In this document: positions 8,049 to 10,484 of the stretch, piece after piece | Layout of the letters: every line of letters begins with the position of its first letter | How positions within the stretch are numbered: position 1 is the stretch's first letter | Assembly: GCA_037917625.1 (NCBI GenBank) | Contig: JAVCBY010000037.1 | Coordinates: forward strand, 1 to 10,484 | Length of the DNA stretch: 10,484 bases | Source: Thermoproteota archaeon | Lineage (GTDB): Archaea > Korarchaeota > Korarchaeia > Korarchaeales > Korarchaeaceae | Direction: 5' to 3' | Notes under the pieces: generated by a model | The model's database searches: none | What the model saw: only the letters and a program-made list of their open reading frames with translations | What the model was told of the DNA's origin: nothing | Made by a program: the position numbers and the translations under genes

Positions 8049-8800
8049 GCGTGAAGGAGAGGAGGATCTGGTTGATGAATTTGAGGGAGTTCGGGGAGGC
8101 TATTGAGGACACGGATCTAGCGATGCTCCCAGTGGGTGTCTGCGAGGCTCATGGACCTCATCTCCCCCTCGGGACTGACTTCTTGATCCCTGAGTGGATC
8201 GCTCTGAACTTAGCTGAGAGGCTGAACGCATTGATAGCTCCTCCAATAAACTACGGAGTGACTTTGGGTCTCACAGGTTACTTCGGTACGCTTAGGATAA
8301 GTGAATCGACGATGGAGTCACTTATGTACGATGTGCTGGTCGATTTGATGAGGAACGGGTTTGAGAAAGTGATAGTGATGAATGGGCATGGAGGCTCCGG
8401 GCAGATAGAAGCTATATCGAGGGCGATGAGGAGAGCATGGCTCGACTACGGATTGAAATCAGCTATGATAAATTGGTGAAGCCTAGCGAGGGATCTAACT
8501 GAGGAGATACTCGGGGGAAGCGGGGGGCATGCTGGCGCAGATGAGACATCGATTATCCTCGAGATAGATCCCTCCTTGGTCAAGGGGGAGATGGAGAAGG
8601 AGGAGATCTATAGGGTGAAGGAAGGTATCTATGCAGTCCCCACTCCCGGCTCTATAATCTCCTACGATAACAAATTCTCAGATAGGATCCCGGATAGGGA
8701 TAAGGCCTCCGAATTCACTAATAAGCTACTGGAGAGGATCTTCAATGAGATAATGGCGATAGTAGAGGGATGGGAGAGGCAGGAAATCCATATATCATAG
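8045..8800 (+). pseudogene. Creatininase-family amidohydrolase (251 codons) interrupted by one in-frame TGA at 8477-8479: nonsense mutation or sequence error
   Basis: The two track ORFs (8045-8479 and 8576-8800) share a frame. Read-through gives ...MINW*SLARDLTEEILGGSGGHAGADETSIILEIDPSLVK..., joining EAHGPHLPLGTD and NGHGG to the C-terminal HAGxxETS motif. ATGA overlap with the upstream gene. Confidence 0.88.
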
Positions 8801-9520
8801 GAGGCTCTCCCTCCAACTTTTTACCTTTAAAACGATCCTTCTGACGTCATCAGCTCTATGCATTCCCCTTTCCCTAGGGTAAAGGGCTAGATAAGGTATA
8901 CTGGTTCTCATACCGGGGATCACCCTGAGGGGCTCAGATTTAAAGTATATGGATAAGCAGACAACTCTATCGCTCCTCAGTAGGTCCTCAGGACTCCTTC
9001 CATCGACATAGACGAAGCCTATTCTCCTCTCCCTTATCCTAGAGGAGATCTCGAGGGCTCCCTCACCTATCAACTCTAAAGCTATGTAAGCGTTCCTTCC
9101 CACTCCCGAGAATATCCTCTGCAACTTGCTCATGACTAACCCATAGTTCCGCGGGATAGCGGTATTTGAAGGTCTTATTATGGAAAAGTCGGCGTTCAAA
9201 GAGAGTGAGAGGTTTATCGAATCCTCAATGCTCCTGATGGAAGCTTCTGAGATATAAGGGTTACTGCTGAAGATATTGACGTCAGTCTCAGGGGATCTAA
9301 CAGCGACTACGACATCTAAGCTGTTAATGAGATCTCTCAACGCCCTCACACTCTCCCTGTGTAGTGTCGATGGGAAATAATGGGGGGGATCTGTGGATAT
9401 AATGAGACCCTCGCATCCGATTTTAATGAGATGGGCTGAGGCATCTCCAATATCTGAACCCCAGAAGAATTCAGTGGAGCAAAGCAGCCTCAAGCCATCC
9501 CTCTTAGCAGATCCTATCAT
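8795..9520 (-). CDS. Xylose-isomerase-like TIM barrel (sugar phosphate isomerase/epimerase, AP endonuclease 2 superfamily), apparently degenerate
   Basis: Segment [42 protein letters not shown]...IALE matches the family pattern HAP..D.N..S.....R..S........A..LGA..V..HPG...LEN. GAGGGG RBS-like motif upstream of ATG 9520. Confidence 0.7.
   Translation of the reverse strand: [241 protein letters not shown]
8936..9035 (+). repeat. Inverted repeat, copy 1 (partner 10381-10480)
   Basis: The reverse complement of 8943-9035 equals 10381-10473 exactly (93 bp); 99/100 identity over 8936-9035. Confidence 0.97.
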
Positions 9521-9991
9521 GGGAACCCCTCTGAATATTTAGAGCTACAGAAAGGCACCTCACTCCTATTAAATATTCCCCTCCGAGCTCCTGGGATTAG
9601 ATCTAAAAATAAAAATCTCCATATCTTAAAGCTGATTATGGAGTATGGGAGTCAAGAAGAATTCATTTCACTTTAATATGGGAAAATTATCCCTGAACTG
9701 GCTTAGAGTGATCTCATAGGGTCGGAGATCGTTGATCTGAATGAGGCATCCGATGATCTTTTGAGAGACTTCTACATCTCTAAAAAGTTATTTAATTTAT
9801 CTATCACGACTATATTGTAATTTTAGATGAAGTCTCCCTCTCACGAGTTATTTCCATATCAATGACCTAGATAGGTACATTTCTATTAGTTAGCACATAG
9901 TGGATCGAGTTCATAAGCTCATCCCAGGTATATTTCCACTCCGGCTGGTAACGATCGATGGGAGTGGGCTTCACTCACTGGAATCCTCTGA

Positions 9992-10088
9992 ATAGGCAAT
10001 TATCAATATTTTCCAAAATAAAAATTAAATAATTTTTATTTAGATATTTTTTGAATAGCTATAAAAAATATTTTTTATAATTGCCTAT
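9992..10088. repeat. AT-rich block with nested inverted repeats
   Basis: Outer perfect 12-bp IR ATAGGCAATTAT (9992-10003) / ATAATTGCCTAT (10077-10088); hairpin AAATAAAAATT-aaat-AATTTTTATTT (10016-10041); perfect 20-bp palindrome TATAAAAAATATTTTTTATA (10060-10079). Confidence 0.85.
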
Positions 10089-10222
10089 ACTATTTTTTCT
10101 GTTAAACATGAATTACAGGGGCCATGATGAAATCTCAGGAAATCCCCATGGATTTAGTAAGTTGAGCACTTGGTAAAGCAGATAGGTCTACACCCATATG
10201 GTTAGTCATGCCTCATTCTTCA

Positions 10223-10285
10223 GAAAAGCTTATATTTAGGTGCTACGCATAATACATGGCCCACATAGGGTTTGTTAAGAGGTGA
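10223..10285 (+). promoter_or_regulatory. Putative BRE/TATA promoter and RBS of the histone gene
   Basis: GAAAAGC followed by TTATATTTA at 10223-10238; GAGGTGA at 10279-10285, 6 nt before ATG 10292. Confidence 0.7.
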
Positions 10286-10291
10286 TATGGT

Positions 10292-10484
10292 ATGCCCCAG
10301 AAGCAGACTAGGTATCTCCCCCTAGCACCCGTATATAGGATAATCAAGAGCGCGGGCGCTGAGAGGGTGAGCGATGATGCAAGGGAGAGGAGAATAGGCT
10401 TCGTCTATGTCGATGGAAGGAGTCCTGAGGACCTACTGAGGAGCGATAGAGTTGTCTGCTTATCCATATACTTAAAATCTCATT
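10292..10484 (+). CDS. Archaeal histone (HMf family), N-terminal ~30 codons only; the remainder is a chimeric in-frame fusion with no stop before the window end
   Basis: Not in the ORF track. Translates as [31 protein letters not shown], closely matching HMfB ([23 protein letters not shown]). It continues [33 protein letters not shown], which derives from the TIM-barrel gene. Confidence 0.92.
   Translation, partial: [64 protein letters not shown]
10381..10480 (+). repeat. Inverted repeat, copy 2 (reverse complement of 8936-9035); probable chimeric sequence end
   Basis: 93 bp exact match, one mismatch at 10474, then 6 more matches; the match breaks down in the last 4 nt. Confidence 0.97.

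Noticed and set aside
3469..8112. ORFs 3469-3669, 3700-3996, 4951-5217, 7254-7469, 7879-8112 (minus) and 6370-6687 (plus)
   Set aside because: They lie opposite real genes, and their Ser/Leu-rich composition is what the reverse complement of Glu/Lys/Arg codons produces.
8477..8479. Selenocysteine codon or genome-wide TGA=Trp recoding
   Set aside because: The position corresponds to an aromatic residue rather than a catalytic Cys, I see no convincing SECIS hairpin, and TGA ends ahcY, the TusA-like gene, ard1, thiL and the arcE-like gene at their expected lengths.
8576..8800. Independent 74-aa gene
   Set aside because: It is the in-frame C-terminal part of the creatininase-family gene.
9521..10291. 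CRISPR array or leader, tRNA, or structured ncRNA in the intergenic region
   Set aside because: No regularly spaced direct repeats, no cloverleaf or T-loop motif, and no GC-rich stems of the kind expected for a stable RNA in a probable thermophile.
8936..10480. Diversity-generating retroelement TR/VR pair, or transposon terminal inverted repeats
   Set aside because: Only one mismatch, no reverse transcriptase, transposase or recombinase in the window, and copy 1 is ordinary internal coding sequence. A chimeric end explains it more simply.

Overview
Gene-dense archaeal chromosomal window. Ribosomal protein eS25, an HMf-type histone, an Ard1-type acetyltransferase, GGAGGTGA-type RBSs and heavy AGG/ATA codon use point to a TACK-type archaeon, plausibly Korarchaeota (inference). 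Left to right: the 3' end of a beta-CASP ribonuclease (+); a tightly coupled minus-strand unit of Ard1-like acetyltransferase, TusA-like protein, ahcY and a radical SAM protein; a divergent plus-strand run of a long coiled-coil protein, rps25e, a cyclophilin-like protein and an MBL-fold hydrolase; thiL (-); a divergent pair of an ArcE/arginine-synthetase-like P-loop enzyme and a creatininase-family gene broken by one in-frame TGA; a degenerate xylose-isomerase-like TIM barrel (-); a ~770 bp non-coding region with an AT-rich core of nested palindromes; and an archaeal histone gene missed by the ORF track. After codon ~30 the histone switches in frame into an inverted copy of 8936-9035, most likely a chimera or assembly artefact at the sequence end. 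No CRISPR, tRNA, rRNA or mobile element is visible. The best biological leads are the ArcE-like/creatininase pair and the Cys-less TusA/ahcY/CX5CX2C radical SAM operon. None is proven novel without database searches, which I could not run.
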